Both the position numbers and the translations under genes were made by a program. This document shows, piece by piece, positions 8,870 through 19,220 of a stretch of DNA of 64,000 nucleotides. The number at the start of each line of letters is the position of its first letter. Position 1 is the stretch's first letter. Below the pieces are notes generated by a model that made no database searches, was not told the origin of the DNA, and was given only the letters and a program-made list of their open reading frames with translations. Origin of the DNA: an uncultured Bacilli bacterium (GTDB lineage: Bacteria > Bacillota_I > Bacilli_A > RF39 > UBA660); the NCBI GenBank assembly GCA_910584305.1, contig CAJTZW010000003.1, positions 10,378 to 74,377 of the forward strand, given 5' to 3'.

Positions 8870-9952
8870 CTACACCTTACTCTCCCTTTCCTTTTTGCTA
8901 TTTTCTTTTATATCTTCAATTTTATCACTAATATCTTCCTTAAAATACCCTATTGTTGTTAGAATAATGATAGCCAGCGGAAGCGATATAACAATTCCAA
9001 GAATACCAAATAGAATACCCCCTGCAAAAACTGACATAATCACTACAAGAGGTGGAACCTTATTTGTCTTACCATAAACCAGTGGATTAATTACATATCC
9101 GTCAACTGCTGACAGGACAACAAAAGCAATCACAGTTCGAATAAATAAGGAAGGACTAACTACTATAGCTGTAATAGCTGCTAAAATATTTGTAATAATA
9201 CCCCCAAAATACGGAATTAAATTTGATAACAGTGCTAAAAACCCTAAAAGAATCGCATTCGGATGTCCAATAACAGTGTAAACAAAAGTATATTCAATTA
9301 AAGAAATAAACATAATTTTGACAAAACCAGATAAATAATTTTTCATCTCGCGATCTAATAATGACACAAATCGGTAAGCACGCTTAGACCTTTTCTTCAA
9401 AAATATCTTAAAGTTCTTACGAATACTTTCCATATCAAGTAAGAAATATATTGAAATAGAAAATACAATAAAAATAAGAGTTAGATATTGTATAGATACT
9501 CCAATTACATTTACAGCTCCATTGGACACATACTTTCCAAGATTTACAATGATATCATTAAATGCATCAGATAAAGAAGTTTGCAAGTTTCCTATATTCA
9601 AATCATAATTCAATGATATATCCTTTAAAAATGTAATAATTGCACTAAATAAATTCGTAAGTTGCGAAAATAAAAGTGGAAAAACGGTAATACCAAAAAA
9701 TACAACAATACATAATACAAGAGTGATAATAATGGCTACCCCAATCCCTTTTGGAACCTTATGATCCGTAAAAAACTTTAGCAATGGATACAATGCATAA
9801 GAAACCACAAATGAAACAAATAAAGGAGCCAAAATTGTGATTAACTTATTAAAAATTCCAATCCATAAGTTCCCTGTTTGATACATCAGAAAAACAATTA
9901 AAATAAGAAGTGCTGTATTAATCAGCTTAAAATCAATTTTATTTTTAATCAT
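8870..9952 (-). CDS. AI-2E family transporter (PerM/YdiK-like permease)
   Basis: 360 aa polytopic protein; ..SFVVSYALYPLLKFFTDHKVPKGIGVAIIIT.. and the C-terminal half match the AI-2E family pattern. Confidence 0.7.
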   Translation of the reverse strand: MIKNKIDFKLINTALLILIVFLMYQTGNLWIGIFNKLITILAPLFVSFVVSYALYPLLKFFTDHKVPKGIGVAIIITLVLCIVVFFGITVFPLLFSQLTNLFSAIITFLKDISLNYDLNIGNLQTSLSDAFNDIIVNLGKYVSNGAVNVIGVSIQYLTLIFIVFSISIYFLLDMESIRKNFKIFLKKRSKRAYRFVSLLDREMKNYLSGFVKIMFISLIEYTFVYTVIGHPNAILLGFLALLSNLIPYFGGIITNILAAITAIVVSPSLFIRTVIAFVVLSAVDGYVINPLVYGKTNKVPPLVVIMSVFAGGILFGILGIVISLPLAIIILTTIGYFKEDISDKIEDIKENSKKERESKV

Positions 9953-9955
9953 ACT

Positions 9956-10393
9956 TTACCTACTTTCTAAAACAATAGTAACAGGTCCATCATTACATAT
10001 AGAGACTTTCATATCAGCTCCAAATATTCCCTTCTCTACATGTATATGCTTTGCAAGTTTTTCATTAAACTTTCGATACAAAGTTTCAGCTTGGTTTGAC
10101 GACATTGCATCAACATAACTAGGACGATTCCCATGCCTCACATCTCCATACAAGGTAAATTGTGAAATACTAAGAATACTTCCTCCCATTTCCAATATTG
10201 AATGATTCATTTTTCCATTTACATCATCAAAGATACGAAGATTCAGTACTTTATGAACCATATAATCAATATCCTCTTCAGTATCCTGATGTGTAAATCC
10301 TACAAGCAAAACCATACCTGTGTCAATATGCCCAACAATATTATTATCAACGCAGACAGACGATTCTAAACTCCTTTGTACTATAATTTTCAC
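9956..10393 (-). CDS. dtd: D-aminoacyl-tRNA deacylase
   Basis: 145 aa; MKIIVQRS..VGHIDTGMVLLVGF..LRIFDD.NGKMNHSI...SQFTLYGD..GNRPSY..A..LY..F...GIFGADMKV.NDGPVT is the canonical Dtd signature. Sits immediately downstream of relA, a conserved arrangement. Confidence 0.85.
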   Translation of the reverse strand: MKIIVQRSLESSVCVDNNIVGHIDTGMVLLVGFTHQDTEEDIDYMVHKVLNLRIFDDVNGKMNHSILEMGGSILSISQFTLYGDVRHGNRPSYVDAMSSNQAETLYRKFNEKLAKHIHVEKGIFGADMKVSICNDGPVTIVLESR

Positions 10394-12561
10394 TATTTAA
10401 AAATCCTTTCTACTTCTAATACGGCTGGATTTGATTCAATATCTCGAACAAACTTTTCCAAATCTTCCTTATTTTTAACCAAAATAGTTATATCATATGT
10501 TACATCATCATGATGCATAAAAGTACTTACATTTTGTACCAAAATATTTTGATTGGATGTTTTTGATACAATATCCAATAACATATTCTCAATCTTCTGT
10601 GCGTGTATCAAAAGAGTTGTAGGATACTTCTTTTCCGTAACCTCATTCCAATGTACACCAATCGTTCTTTCATCTATATCCTTGACATTAGGGCACATTG
10701 ACCTATGAACTGTAATTCCGTATCCTTTTGTAATATACCCTATAATTGTATCACCTGGAACTGGTTTACAACAAGAAGCAACATTTACCTTGATATGATC
10801 AATACCCTCTACTAAAATATCATCCTTTATCTCAGACAAATCTACATTCTTTGCCTGTTTCTTACGAAGTAATATATCTTCTTTAGAAGAATCATCTAAA
10901 ATCAAATGAAACAAAGAACCAACAGTTAATCGATTACTTCCTAAATTCATATATAATTCTTCTATATTTTTATACTTATATTCCTCTAATATCTTTTCAA
11001 TATTCTCACTTGATAGAAATTCATTAAATACAATCTTACGTTTACGGAGTTCTTTAAGAAGAAGTTCCTCTCCATGTTTCTGATATTCTTCTTTATCAAT
11101 TTTATTAAAAAATGACTTTATCTTATTACGAGCCCCAGTTGTCTTGGCCATTGTAATCCATTCACGACTAGGCCCAGCAGAGTTTTTATTTGTATTAATC
11201 TTTACAATGTCATTATCATGTAACTCATAATCCAAAGGAACAATATTTCCATTCACAATTGCACCAACCATTTGATCACCCACTTTAGAGTGAACACGAT
11301 AAGCAAAGTCAATTGGATTTGCACCACTTGGAAGTTCAATAACATCTCCATTGGGTGTAAATACATAAATAGTATTCTTAAACACATCTTCTGTAACTGA
11401 TTTTACAAAAGCCTCATCACTTGCTTCTTCATTATTAAGTTCCATAATAGAACGGAAAAATTGCAATTTAGACTCCATACTATTTTGAATCGCAGGTTTA
11501 CCACTTCCACCATTTTCCTTATAAGACCAGTGAGAAGCTATACCACGTTCAGCCACTTCATCCATCTCATAAGTACGGATTTGAATTTCAAATAAATAAC
11601 CATCAAATCCAAAAACAGTTGTATGCAAACTTTGATACATATTTGTTTTAGGCATTGCAATATAATCCTTAAAACGCTTAGGCAAAGGTCGATACTTAGA
11701 GTGGATTACCCCAAGTGCTTGGTAACATTCTTGTTCTGTATTTACAAACACACGTAAAGCCAGTAAATCATAAATATCACTAAATTTCTTACCTTTATCC
11801 AATTTTTTGTAAATACTATAAATACTTTTCGCACGGCCCTTTATTTCATGTGTAATTCCATTTGTATTCAAAAGGGTAGAAACACGATGTTTCATCTCCT
11901 CTACAACAGAATCCCTCTCTACCTTGGATTGATTTAATTGTTCAACAATACCAAAATAAACATCTGGTTTAGAATAACGAAGACATAAATCCTCAAGTTC
12001 ACTTTTCCACAAATTCATACCAAGGCGATGCGCTATTGGAACCAAAATATCTAAAGTTTCTTTTGCTTTCTCCTTTTGTTTGTGTTCAGGATGAACCCAA
12101 AGTGTACGTATATTATGTAATCGATCTGCAAGTTTGATAAAAATAACTCGTACATCATTACATAGCCCCACTAAAATCTTTCTCTGTGTTGCTATTTGAG
12201 AAGCATTCTCTGCAGAATCAAAATTAAGTTTATTAATTTTTGTAACTCCATCTACAAGATCCGCAATCACTTTGCTAAAATCACGCTCCAACTCCTCTTT
12301 AGTTGTTGGAGAATCTTCAATTACATCATGCAGAAGTCCTGCACATAGCGTTTCATAATCAGCTTGTATATCTGTTAAAATATAAGCAACATGTAAAGGA
12401 TGTTCAATATAATCTTCCCCTGTTAATCTATAGGTTCCAAAATGAACATTGGCAGCAAAATCATATGCCTTTCGAATCAGAGAAAGCTGCTCCTCCTCCT
12501 TAATATATGTAGATACCTTTTCTATCAAATCATCAAACGTAATTTTGATATTTTTTGCCAT
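10393..12561 (-). CDS. relA: bifunctional (p)ppGpp synthetase/hydrolase RelA/SpoT (Rel)
   Basis: 722 aa with HD hydrolase motifs (HPLHVAYIL..GLLHDVIED), RelA_SpoT synthetase region (..YQSLHTTV..), TGS and C-terminal ACT-like regions. Confidence 0.9.
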   Translation of the reverse strand: MAKNIKITFDDLIEKVSTYIKEEEQLSLIRKAYDFAANVHFGTYRLTGEDYIEHPLHVAYILTDIQADYETLCAGLLHDVIEDSPTTKEELERDFSKVIADLVDGVTKINKLNFDSAENASQIATQRKILVGLCNDVRVIFIKLADRLHNIRTLWVHPEHKQKEKAKETLDILVPIAHRLGMNLWKSELEDLCLRYSKPDVYFGIVEQLNQSKVERDSVVEEMKHRVSTLLNTNGITHEIKGRAKSIYSIYKKLDKGKKFSDIYDLLALRVFVNTEQECYQALGVIHSKYRPLPKRFKDYIAMPKTNMYQSLHTTVFGFDGYLFEIQIRTYEMDEVAERGIASHWSYKENGGSGKPAIQNSMESKLQFFRSIMELNNEEASDEAFVKSVTEDVFKNTIYVFTPNGDVIELPSGANPIDFAYRVHSKVGDQMVGAIVNGNIVPLDYELHDNDIVKINTNKNSAGPSREWITMAKTTGARNKIKSFFNKIDKEEYQKHGEELLLKELRKRKIVFNEFLSSENIEKILEEYKYKNIEELYMNLGSNRLTVGSLFHLILDDSSKEDILLRKKQAKNVDLSEIKDDILVEGIDHIKVNVASCCKPVPGDTIIGYITKGYGITVHRSMCPNVKDIDERTIGVHWNEVTEKKYPTTLLIHAQKIENMLLDIVSKTSNQNILVQNVSTFMHHDDVTYDITILVKNKEDLEKFVRDIESNPAVLEVERIFK

Positions 12562-12592
12562 ATTATCACTCCTTTACAAAGCCTTCAATATT

Positions 12593-14842
12593 TTAGGAAT
12601 TAATACCTTTTACTTTTAATTCTTCTGTTTCCTTCTCTTCATACCATTTTTTCTTTGCAGGCTTTCCAATATTATGTTTTTCAATAAAAATCCAAAGTTG
12701 ACTCGCTATAAAAATCGATGAATAAGATCCTGCAATTAAACCAATTAATAATGCCACATTAAAATAGAAAATCTCATGTGATCCTAGGAAAATAAGCGCA
12801 AAAACAGGGAACAATGTTGTAATGGTTGTAATTAAACTTCTGCCTATTGTTTGACATAAACTTACATTTACAACACCTTTTAAATCATCTAGATTCTTAA
12901 CACTTTTGCCTTTTAAATTTTCACGAATACGGTCAAATGTAACAATTGTATCATTAATAGAATATCCAATAATAGATAAGATCGCAGCTATAAAAATTGT
13001 AGAAACTTCAAATTTAAATAAACTAAAGATAGCTACAATCATTCCAACATCATGGAATAAAGCAACAAGCCCGCTAATTGCATAACTAAACGTAAAACGA
13101 AGAGAAATATAAATGATAATACCTATACATGCAATCACTAACGAATAAATAGCATTTTTAATAAGTTCACGCTTTACAACATTGGATACAACACCAATAT
13201 CCGTTTTCGCTTGATACTTTTCAACAAAATACGTCTCCGTTTTAGTAACCTCATCTTGTTCTAAAGAATTATCGACAACGATACTTACATTTGTATCATC
13301 AATATATTCAATAGATTCTAAAGTAAACCCTAACGTTTTAATATCTTCTTTTAATGTATCCTCTGTAATATTCTCTTTAAGTTGTAAGGTAATAGAGGAT
13401 CCACCTTTAAAGTCAATACCTAAATTCATACCCTGCATACCAATCGAAACAATGCCCGCTATAAGTATAACAATACTAATTGTGACAAAGATTTTACTCT
13501 TCTCTACAAAATTAATTTCCTTAATTCTCTGATTTTTCTTTTCATTTCTATCTTTTCTAAATCCAATAAAGAAATTTTGCTTTTGATCAAACTTTCCAGT
13601 CTGTACAAATTTATTTAATAAGAAACGTACAAGCACTACCATTACAATCATTGTAACAACAATACTAATCATAAGCATTGTAGCAAATCCTTTAATACTA
13701 CTTTCACCAAAAATAAACAAGATAATAGCTACAATAAATGTTGTAATATTAGAATCAACAATACTTGCAAGAGACTCCTTATTTCCAAGCGAACATGCAT
13801 TCTTAAATGATTTACCATGCCCAAGTTCATCTTTAATACGAGCAAAATTGATTACATTAGCATCCACTGCCATTCCAATACCAATTACAGCAGCTGCAAT
13901 TCCAGGAAGTGTAAGTACTCCTCCAACTACCCAGAAAGTCGCAAATGTTAAAAATGTGTATAAAACAAGTCCAACAGAGGCAACAAATCCTGCAAAATGA
14001 TATACAACAATCATAAACAAGATAATCAAACAAATTCCAACAACACCAGCAACAAATGTTTTTTGAAGAGCATCTGCCCCAAAACTAGCTCCAACTGTTT
14101 TTGAAGAAATCTCTGTTAGTTTTGTTGGAAGACTACCAGAATTAATCAAATCGACTAAATCCTCTACTTCCTCCATAGTAAAATTTCCTTGAATAATGAC
14201 ATCGCTAGCAAAACCTTGCGAAACCGTAGCAGCTGATAAACATCCTGAAGAAGAAGCAGCCCCACAAGTAGTGGTAGAATAACTATCTACACCCTCATCA
14301 AAATCAAGCCATACAACCATTGTGTTATCATCAGACTCACTCAATTTTTTAGTCACTTTATAAAATGTATCTTTATCTTTTACAGAAAGTGATACAGCAG
14401 GTTTTCCACTAGCATCTTGTCCTACTTTAGCCCCACCACTTTTCAAAACATCACTATTCATAAGTAAATTATCACTTGTATCACGGAAAGTTAAATTTGC
14501 AGCACTACTAAGCAACTTTCTAGCATCTTCTGAGTTCGTTACTCCAGCAAGTTGCACACGAATATGATTGCTTCCCTCAACCGTAATTACGGGTTCTGAT
14601 ACTCCTAAAGTATCAATTCTTCTTAACATCGTTTTATATGTACTTGTCACCATATCAGATGTCACATCTCTACCATCAATCGATGATACATCATATAAAA
14701 CTTCAAATCCGCCTTGTAAATCAAGACCAAATTTTAAACTTTTAAATAACCAAGGCATACAACCTAAACTAACGATAAGTGTAATTAAAACATACACAAT
14801 AGGTCGAAGCACACCCTTTTTCTGTATTTCCTTTTTTGTCAT
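12593..14842 (-). CDS. secDF: protein translocase subunit SecDF (fused)
   Basis: About 750 aa with a large periplasmic loop and two 6-TM SecD/SecF halves. Start set at MTKKEIQ (GGAGGA SD) rather than the longest ORF. Confidence 0.9.
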   Translation of the reverse strand: MTKKEIQKKGVLRPIVYVLITLIVSLGCMPWLFKSLKFGLDLQGGFEVLYDVSSIDGRDVTSDMVTSTYKTMLRRIDTLGVSEPVITVEGSNHIRVQLAGVTNSEDARKLLSSAANLTFRDTSDNLLMNSDVLKSGGAKVGQDASGKPAVSLSVKDKDTFYKVTKKLSESDDNTMVVWLDFDEGVDSYSTTTCGAASSSGCLSAATVSQGFASDVIIQGNFTMEEVEDLVDLINSGSLPTKLTEISSKTVGASFGADALQKTFVAGVVGICLIILFMIVVYHFAGFVASVGLVLYTFLTFATFWVVGGVLTLPGIAAAVIGIGMAVDANVINFARIKDELGHGKSFKNACSLGNKESLASIVDSNITTFIVAIILFIFGESSIKGFATMLMISIVVTMIVMVVLVRFLLNKFVQTGKFDQKQNFFIGFRKDRNEKKNQRIKEINFVEKSKIFVTISIVILIAGIVSIGMQGMNLGIDFKGGSSITLQLKENITEDTLKEDIKTLGFTLESIEYIDDTNVSIVVDNSLEQDEVTKTETYFVEKYQAKTDIGVVSNVVKRELIKNAIYSLVIACIGIIIYISLRFTFSYAISGLVALFHDVGMIVAIFSLFKFEVSTIFIAAILSIIGYSINDTIVTFDRIRENLKGKSVKNLDDLKGVVNVSLCQTIGRSLITTITTLFPVFALIFLGSHEIFYFNVALLIGLIAGSYSSIFIASQLWIFIEKHNIGKPAKKKWYEEKETEELKVKGINS

Positions 14843-14855
14843 AATATATCCTCCA

Positions 14856-15131
14856 CTATTCTTCATTGAAATAAACACTTCTTGTATTTAGATTCAATTT
14901 ATGGCGTAAATAACTATCTATATACGCATCCCCTGTATTTAACACATCACTAACCATTTCAGCCAAAGAGAGTCCCTTTGATTTTACCCATTTTATCTCT
15001 TTTAAATAGTTCCATATATCAGCTTCCTTAATATAACTATACCCATTTCTTCTCATTTCCTCTTTTTTTGTACGAAGAGCAGGTGCAAGTCTATCATACA
15101 ACTCTTTTTCTGATGTAAAAGTAATGTCCAT
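14856..15131 (-). CDS. ComN-like post-transcriptional regulator (YrzD-like)
   Basis: 91 aa; ..LYDRLAPALRTKKEEMRRNGYSYIKEADIWNYLKEIKWVKSKGLSLAEMVSDVL... Position immediately upstream of secDF mirrors yrzD/comN-secDF in Bacillus. Family assignment from memory of the motif, moderate. Confidence 0.45.
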   Translation of the reverse strand: MDITFTSEKELYDRLAPALRTKKEEMRRNGYSYIKEADIWNYLKEIKWVKSKGLSLAEMVSDVLNTGDAYIDSYLRHKLNLNTRSVYFNEE

Positions 15132-15212
15132 ATTACATCCTCCTTATAATAAATGTGTAAATACTCACATATACATTATATATGATATACAAACATTTTT
15201 AAAGGAGAATTT

Positions 15213-16505
15213 ATGAAAAAAAGTAAATTTATTCAATCCACAATTATTCTGATTATTGGCGGATTTCTAACAAAAGCTCTAGGAATGATAATTAAAATTA
15301 TCACATCAAGACTTCTTGGAACAGAAGGAATTGGAATTCACATGCTACTGATGCCCACCATGAGTCTATTTATTGCCATTGCACAACTAGGATTTCCAAT
15401 CGCAATCAGTAAACTCGTAGCAGAAGATACAAAGAACAATAAAAATCTTGTGTTCTCTATTATTCCAATTTCTTTGATAATTAATATCTTAATATTTCTA
15501 GGAATTTTCTTATCAGCAGATTTTATTGCAAATACACTCCTCCATGAACCCAGAACCAAATTAGCAATTCTTTGTATTGGATTTGTACTTCCCTTCGTCT
15601 CTATATCATCGATTATTAGAGGATACTTTTTTGGAAAAGAAAAAATGTTTCCACATGTCATCTCAAATGTAGTAGAAGATATAGTAAGAATTATCATTCT
15701 CATACTCGGAATACCCATCTTCTTACAATATGGATTAGAATTTGCCGTTGCATTTTTAGTCATATCCAATGTAGTTAGTGAACTTACATCCATCTTAATT
15801 CTATTCTTTTTTCTTCCAAAAAACTTTAAACTTCAAAAAAAAGATTTCGTTCCAAACAAACGAAATTTAAAAGAAATATTCAGCATCAGCATCCCTACAA
15901 CGGGAAGTAGACTCATTGGAAACATAGGGTATTTCTTCGAACCAATTATACTTACCAGTACCCTACTTTGGATTGGATATGACAATAATTTTATCGTAAA
16001 TGAATATGGAATTATCAGTGGGTATGTAATACCCTTACTATTACTCCCTTCTTTCTTTACAATGGCGATATCACAAGCACTCATTCCTATTATCAGTAAA
16101 TCAACAGCACATAAACAATATGAATACGCAAAGAAGAAATTAAAACAAGCTATTTTCTTCTCCCTACTTATTGGTATTCCTATGACAATACTTTTTGAAA
16201 TCATCCCAGAATTGCCATTAAAGCTTATTTATAATACAACGGAAGGAATTAACTACATACGTGTACTTGCTCCTATTTGTTTACTTCATTACATCCAGTC
16301 TCCTCTATCTAGTACATTACAGGCAATGGGAAAAGCAAAAGATGCCATGAAAGGAACACTGATTGGAATCCTCCTTAGAACGTCTGCCCTATTTATATTC
16401 TCAGCAATTCATATAGGAATGTGGGGACTTGTCATTGCAACCAGTGTCAATATCATCTATGTCACATTATATGATGCAAGTAGAATTAAAAAATATTTAA
16501 ACTGA
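15213..16505 (+). CDS. MOP-superfamily polysaccharide/lipid-II flippase-like protein (SpoVB/MurJ-like)
   Basis: 430 aa, about 12 TM, polysaccharide biosynthesis protein pattern. Divergent from comN/secDF as spoVB is in Bacillus. AAAGGAG SD. Confidence 0.6.
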   Translation: MKKSKFIQSTIILIIGGFLTKALGMIIKIITSRLLGTEGIGIHMLLMPTMSLFIAIAQLGFPIAISKLVAEDTKNNKNLVFSIIPISLIINILIFLGIFLSADFIANTLLHEPRTKLAILCIGFVLPFVSISSIIRGYFFGKEKMFPHVISNVVEDIVRIIILILGIPIFLQYGLEFAVAFLVISNVVSELTSILILFFFLPKNFKLQKKDFVPNKRNLKEIFSISIPTTGSRLIGNIGYFFEPIILTSTLLWIGYDNNFIVNEYGIISGYVIPLLLLPSFFTMAISQALIPIISKSTAHKQYEYAKKKLKQAIFFSLLIGIPMTILFEIIPELPLKLIYNTTEGINYIRVLAPICLLHYIQSPLSSTLQAMGKAKDAMKGTLIGILLRTSALFIFSAIHIGMWGLVIATSVNIIYVTLYDASRIKKYLN

Positions 16506-16527
16506 AATCCGTAACCAACAGGAAAAG

Positions 16528-16560
16528 AAAAAACACCTATTCTAAATAAGTGTTTTCATT
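16528..16560. terminator. bidirectional rho-independent terminator between convergent genes
   Basis: aaaacac-(14 nt)-gtgtttt flanked by A-run and T-run. Confidence 0.5.
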
Positions 16561-16631
16561 TTATTTATTATTTATATATCCATGAATATTTATAAAGATT
16601 GCAAATAAAGTAAGAAGCCCAATAACTGCCA

Positions 16632-19220
16632 TTAAATATTCTCCTCTCGAATTGCCTCTAAAATATTTTCATGTTTAATCTTACTTGATGCATACATCAT
16701 TGTAATAAATACAATAATAAACACACCAACTGTAGCAACCAATATACTATCCCATGGAATTACAAAGACACCACTATCCGCTATACCACCGAATGATTTA
16801 TATAATAAATATACAACACCAATCGATACTGGAAGGCCATATAATAAAGACTTAACCCCCACAAATAAACTCTCAAATGCTAAAATTTTATTAAATCCTT
16901 TTGGCGTAAGTCCCATACTACGTAACATAGCAAACTCTTTACGACGTAAGTTAATACTTGTATGAATTGTATTGAATACAGAAGTAACTCCAATGAGTGT
17001 AACCAAACTAATGAATCCATATAACAATATTTTAACAACAAGAATCATATTCTTATATACTTTTAATTCTTCGTCAATATTATAGTAGTGAAAAGAAATT
17101 AAAGTTGAATCTTCTTCTAACTTATCTAAATAAGTATTCAATCCATCATATTTATCAGCCTGAATATAAACACTATAATCAGGACTTATTTCCTCTCCAA
17201 TATAAGAAGAATACATCTCATGATTTACAAGTATAATCATCTCATTTTGATAGCCTAATTCTTCCTCTAAACCAAGAACATTTTCTTTTACTAACACAGC
17301 ATCATTAATTTCAATATTACATTCAAAACTTTCCTCTTCTGTATAGTCATCATATGTCACTTCACAAAGACGAATTGCACTTGGTATTTCTTTATATTTT
17401 GCAATATCATAACTCTTTCGATCGCTACCACTATAAATGGTTCCCTTAAATCGATTTAAAACAAATGGTACATCTTCTGTGATATTCGCGCTCTTTTTTA
17501 GTTTTGCATATGTAGCATCATCAACCCCATACAATGCAACTCCTATACTATTGTCATATTTAAAATTCATTTTTTTAACAAAATCACTATCGAACATTTC
17601 CCTAGATAAGGATTCTGTCATAAAATAAGAAGATTGTAAAATCGTATAATTATCTATTTCTTCGTGACTGACGATTTCATGAATTTGATTCTGAATAATC
17701 TTTTCATCCTCACCATACATATTAATGGTTATATTATACTCAGGTAAATTAAATACATCCACAGTACTTGTAAATCCATAATATAAAATACCACTAAATG
17801 AAACAAAAAGTACAATACTAATGAAAAGAGATAAAATCGTAATACGATATTTCTTTTTATTTCGTTTCATATTTTTAAGAGCAATTTCACCTTCTACCCC
17901 AAAGATAGAAGAAATCCACTTTGGAGTTCGAATCTTTTTGCCTTTTATTTTTATATCATCATTTTGACGAATGGCTTCAATTGGTGTAATACGACTAGCA
18001 CGAACCGCAGGTAAATACGCTGATAAAATAATAACCACAATCATAAATACAACTGGGATAATAATAAATGTTGGATACACTGCAAGTACAAGTGGAAAAC
18101 TAAATACATCTGGAAGCAATGCATTAACAATCGTAAGTACTATTCCAATCCCAATAAATCCACCTAAGATTCCAAGAGGGATTCCTATAATTCCAACGAT
18201 AAATGCTTCAAAAAATACAGTTTTACGAAGTTGTCTTTTCGTAGCTCCAATACTTGAAAATAAGCCAAACTGCTTTTTCCTTTCCATTACAGAAATTGCA
18301 AATGAATTATAAATGACAACAATACAACCAATCGATATTAACACAAGTATAATCACAATTGTTGTATAAATAGAACTCATAAAGTTATCATATCGACTTA
18401 CCCCACTCATAGAAAGAAGAGAATCATTATACTCTAGTTCATCATATATAGCAAAATCTAAAGACGAAATATTTTTATATCCTAATGATTCTGCAATATC
18501 ATTTCCGTACGCATATGCTTTCTTTATATTTTTAAAGGTAAGTAACATAGTATAAGAAGAATCTTCATTAATATCACTTACATATGTAAATATACTATAT
18601 CCTGGAGCTGAATAAGATTCAATATAACTTCTCTCGACAATTCCTACAATGTTGTAAGTAACCTCCCCTTCTTCTTTAAATTCCTCATATCCCTCTTCTT
18701 CATCCGCATAATAATAATCATTTACTACAAGCTCTTCTCCATTTAAATAACGTTTACCAATAGATAAAGTAATCGTATCCCCAACATGTAAATCAATACC
18801 ACCATTACTTTTGATATGATCCGAAATCACTATTTCCCTATCATTTTTAGGAAGTCTCCCTTCTTTTAAAGAAAGTAGTTTTAAAAATGAATCAGAAGAA
18901 CCTACAATATGATAGTATGGTTTATACTCATTCTCACTCTCTATTTTCGCATAACCAAGACTTGTATAATAAGAAGAAGACGCAACATGAATATTCTTCT
19001 CTATTGCGGGCATATCACTTCCACGAATAGATGAAATGATTACATGTTGACTTCCATTTTTATAAATAATTTCCTTTACAGAATTATCTCGAATAGAAGA
19101 AAACAATAATCCAATACCAATCATAAGCGCTGTAGAAAGTATAACACCTATAATCGTTACAATGGTTCTTTTTTTATTCATTGAAAGATGTTTAATTGTT
19201 AATTTATTTAATATATTCAT
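16632..19220 (-). CDS. ABC transporter permease, FtsX/MacB-type (two FtsX domains, large extracellular domains)
   Basis: 862 aa; N-terminal TM plus about 250 aa extracytoplasmic domain plus 3 TM, then a second extracytoplasmic domain plus 4 TM. Start overlaps the stop of the ATPase gene (translational coupling). Confidence 0.8.
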   Translation of the reverse strand: MNILNKLTIKHLSMNKKRTIVTIIGVILSTALMIGIGLLFSSIRDNSVKEIIYKNGSQHVIISSIRGSDMPAIEKNIHVASSSYYTSLGYAKIESENEYKPYYHIVGSSDSFLKLLSLKEGRLPKNDREIVISDHIKSNGGIDLHVGDTITLSIGKRYLNGEELVVNDYYYADEEEGYEEFKEEGEVTYNIVGIVERSYIESYSAPGYSIFTYVSDINEDSSYTMLLTFKNIKKAYAYGNDIAESLGYKNISSLDFAIYDELEYNDSLLSMSGVSRYDNFMSSIYTTIVIILVLISIGCIVVIYNSFAISVMERKKQFGLFSSIGATKRQLRKTVFFEAFIVGIIGIPLGILGGFIGIGIVLTIVNALLPDVFSFPLVLAVYPTFIIIPVVFMIVVIILSAYLPAVRASRITPIEAIRQNDDIKIKGKKIRTPKWISSIFGVEGEIALKNMKRNKKKYRITILSLFISIVLFVSFSGILYYGFTSTVDVFNLPEYNITINMYGEDEKIIQNQIHEIVSHEEIDNYTILQSSYFMTESLSREMFDSDFVKKMNFKYDNSIGVALYGVDDATYAKLKKSANITEDVPFVLNRFKGTIYSGSDRKSYDIAKYKEIPSAIRLCEVTYDDYTEEESFECNIEINDAVLVKENVLGLEEELGYQNEMIILVNHEMYSSYIGEEISPDYSVYIQADKYDGLNTYLDKLEEDSTLISFHYYNIDEELKVYKNMILVVKILLYGFISLVTLIGVTSVFNTIHTSINLRRKEFAMLRSMGLTPKGFNKILAFESLFVGVKSLLYGLPVSIGVVYLLYKSFGGIADSGVFVIPWDSILVATVGVFIIVFITMMYASSKIKHENILEAIREENI

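Noticed and set aside
14568-14891. 107-aa plus-strand ORF from the track, and similar ones at 867-1079, 12303-12503, 17437-17628, 17971-18312, 19643-19834, 25231-25512, 33550-33768, 37561-37980, 38872-39988, 51718-52348, 53578-54741, 61063-61365 and 61995-62249
   Set aside because: All lie antisense within strongly supported minus-strand genes (dnaE, relA, secDF, ABC, GH3, DUF2207, SPFH, polC, flavoenzyme). None has an RBS and the compositions are low-complexity. They are chance ORFs in AT-rich DNA.
15338-16204. Minus-strand ORFs 15338-15793 and 15833-16204
   Set aside because: Antisense to the well-supported plus-strand flippase gene 15213-16505; no RBS.
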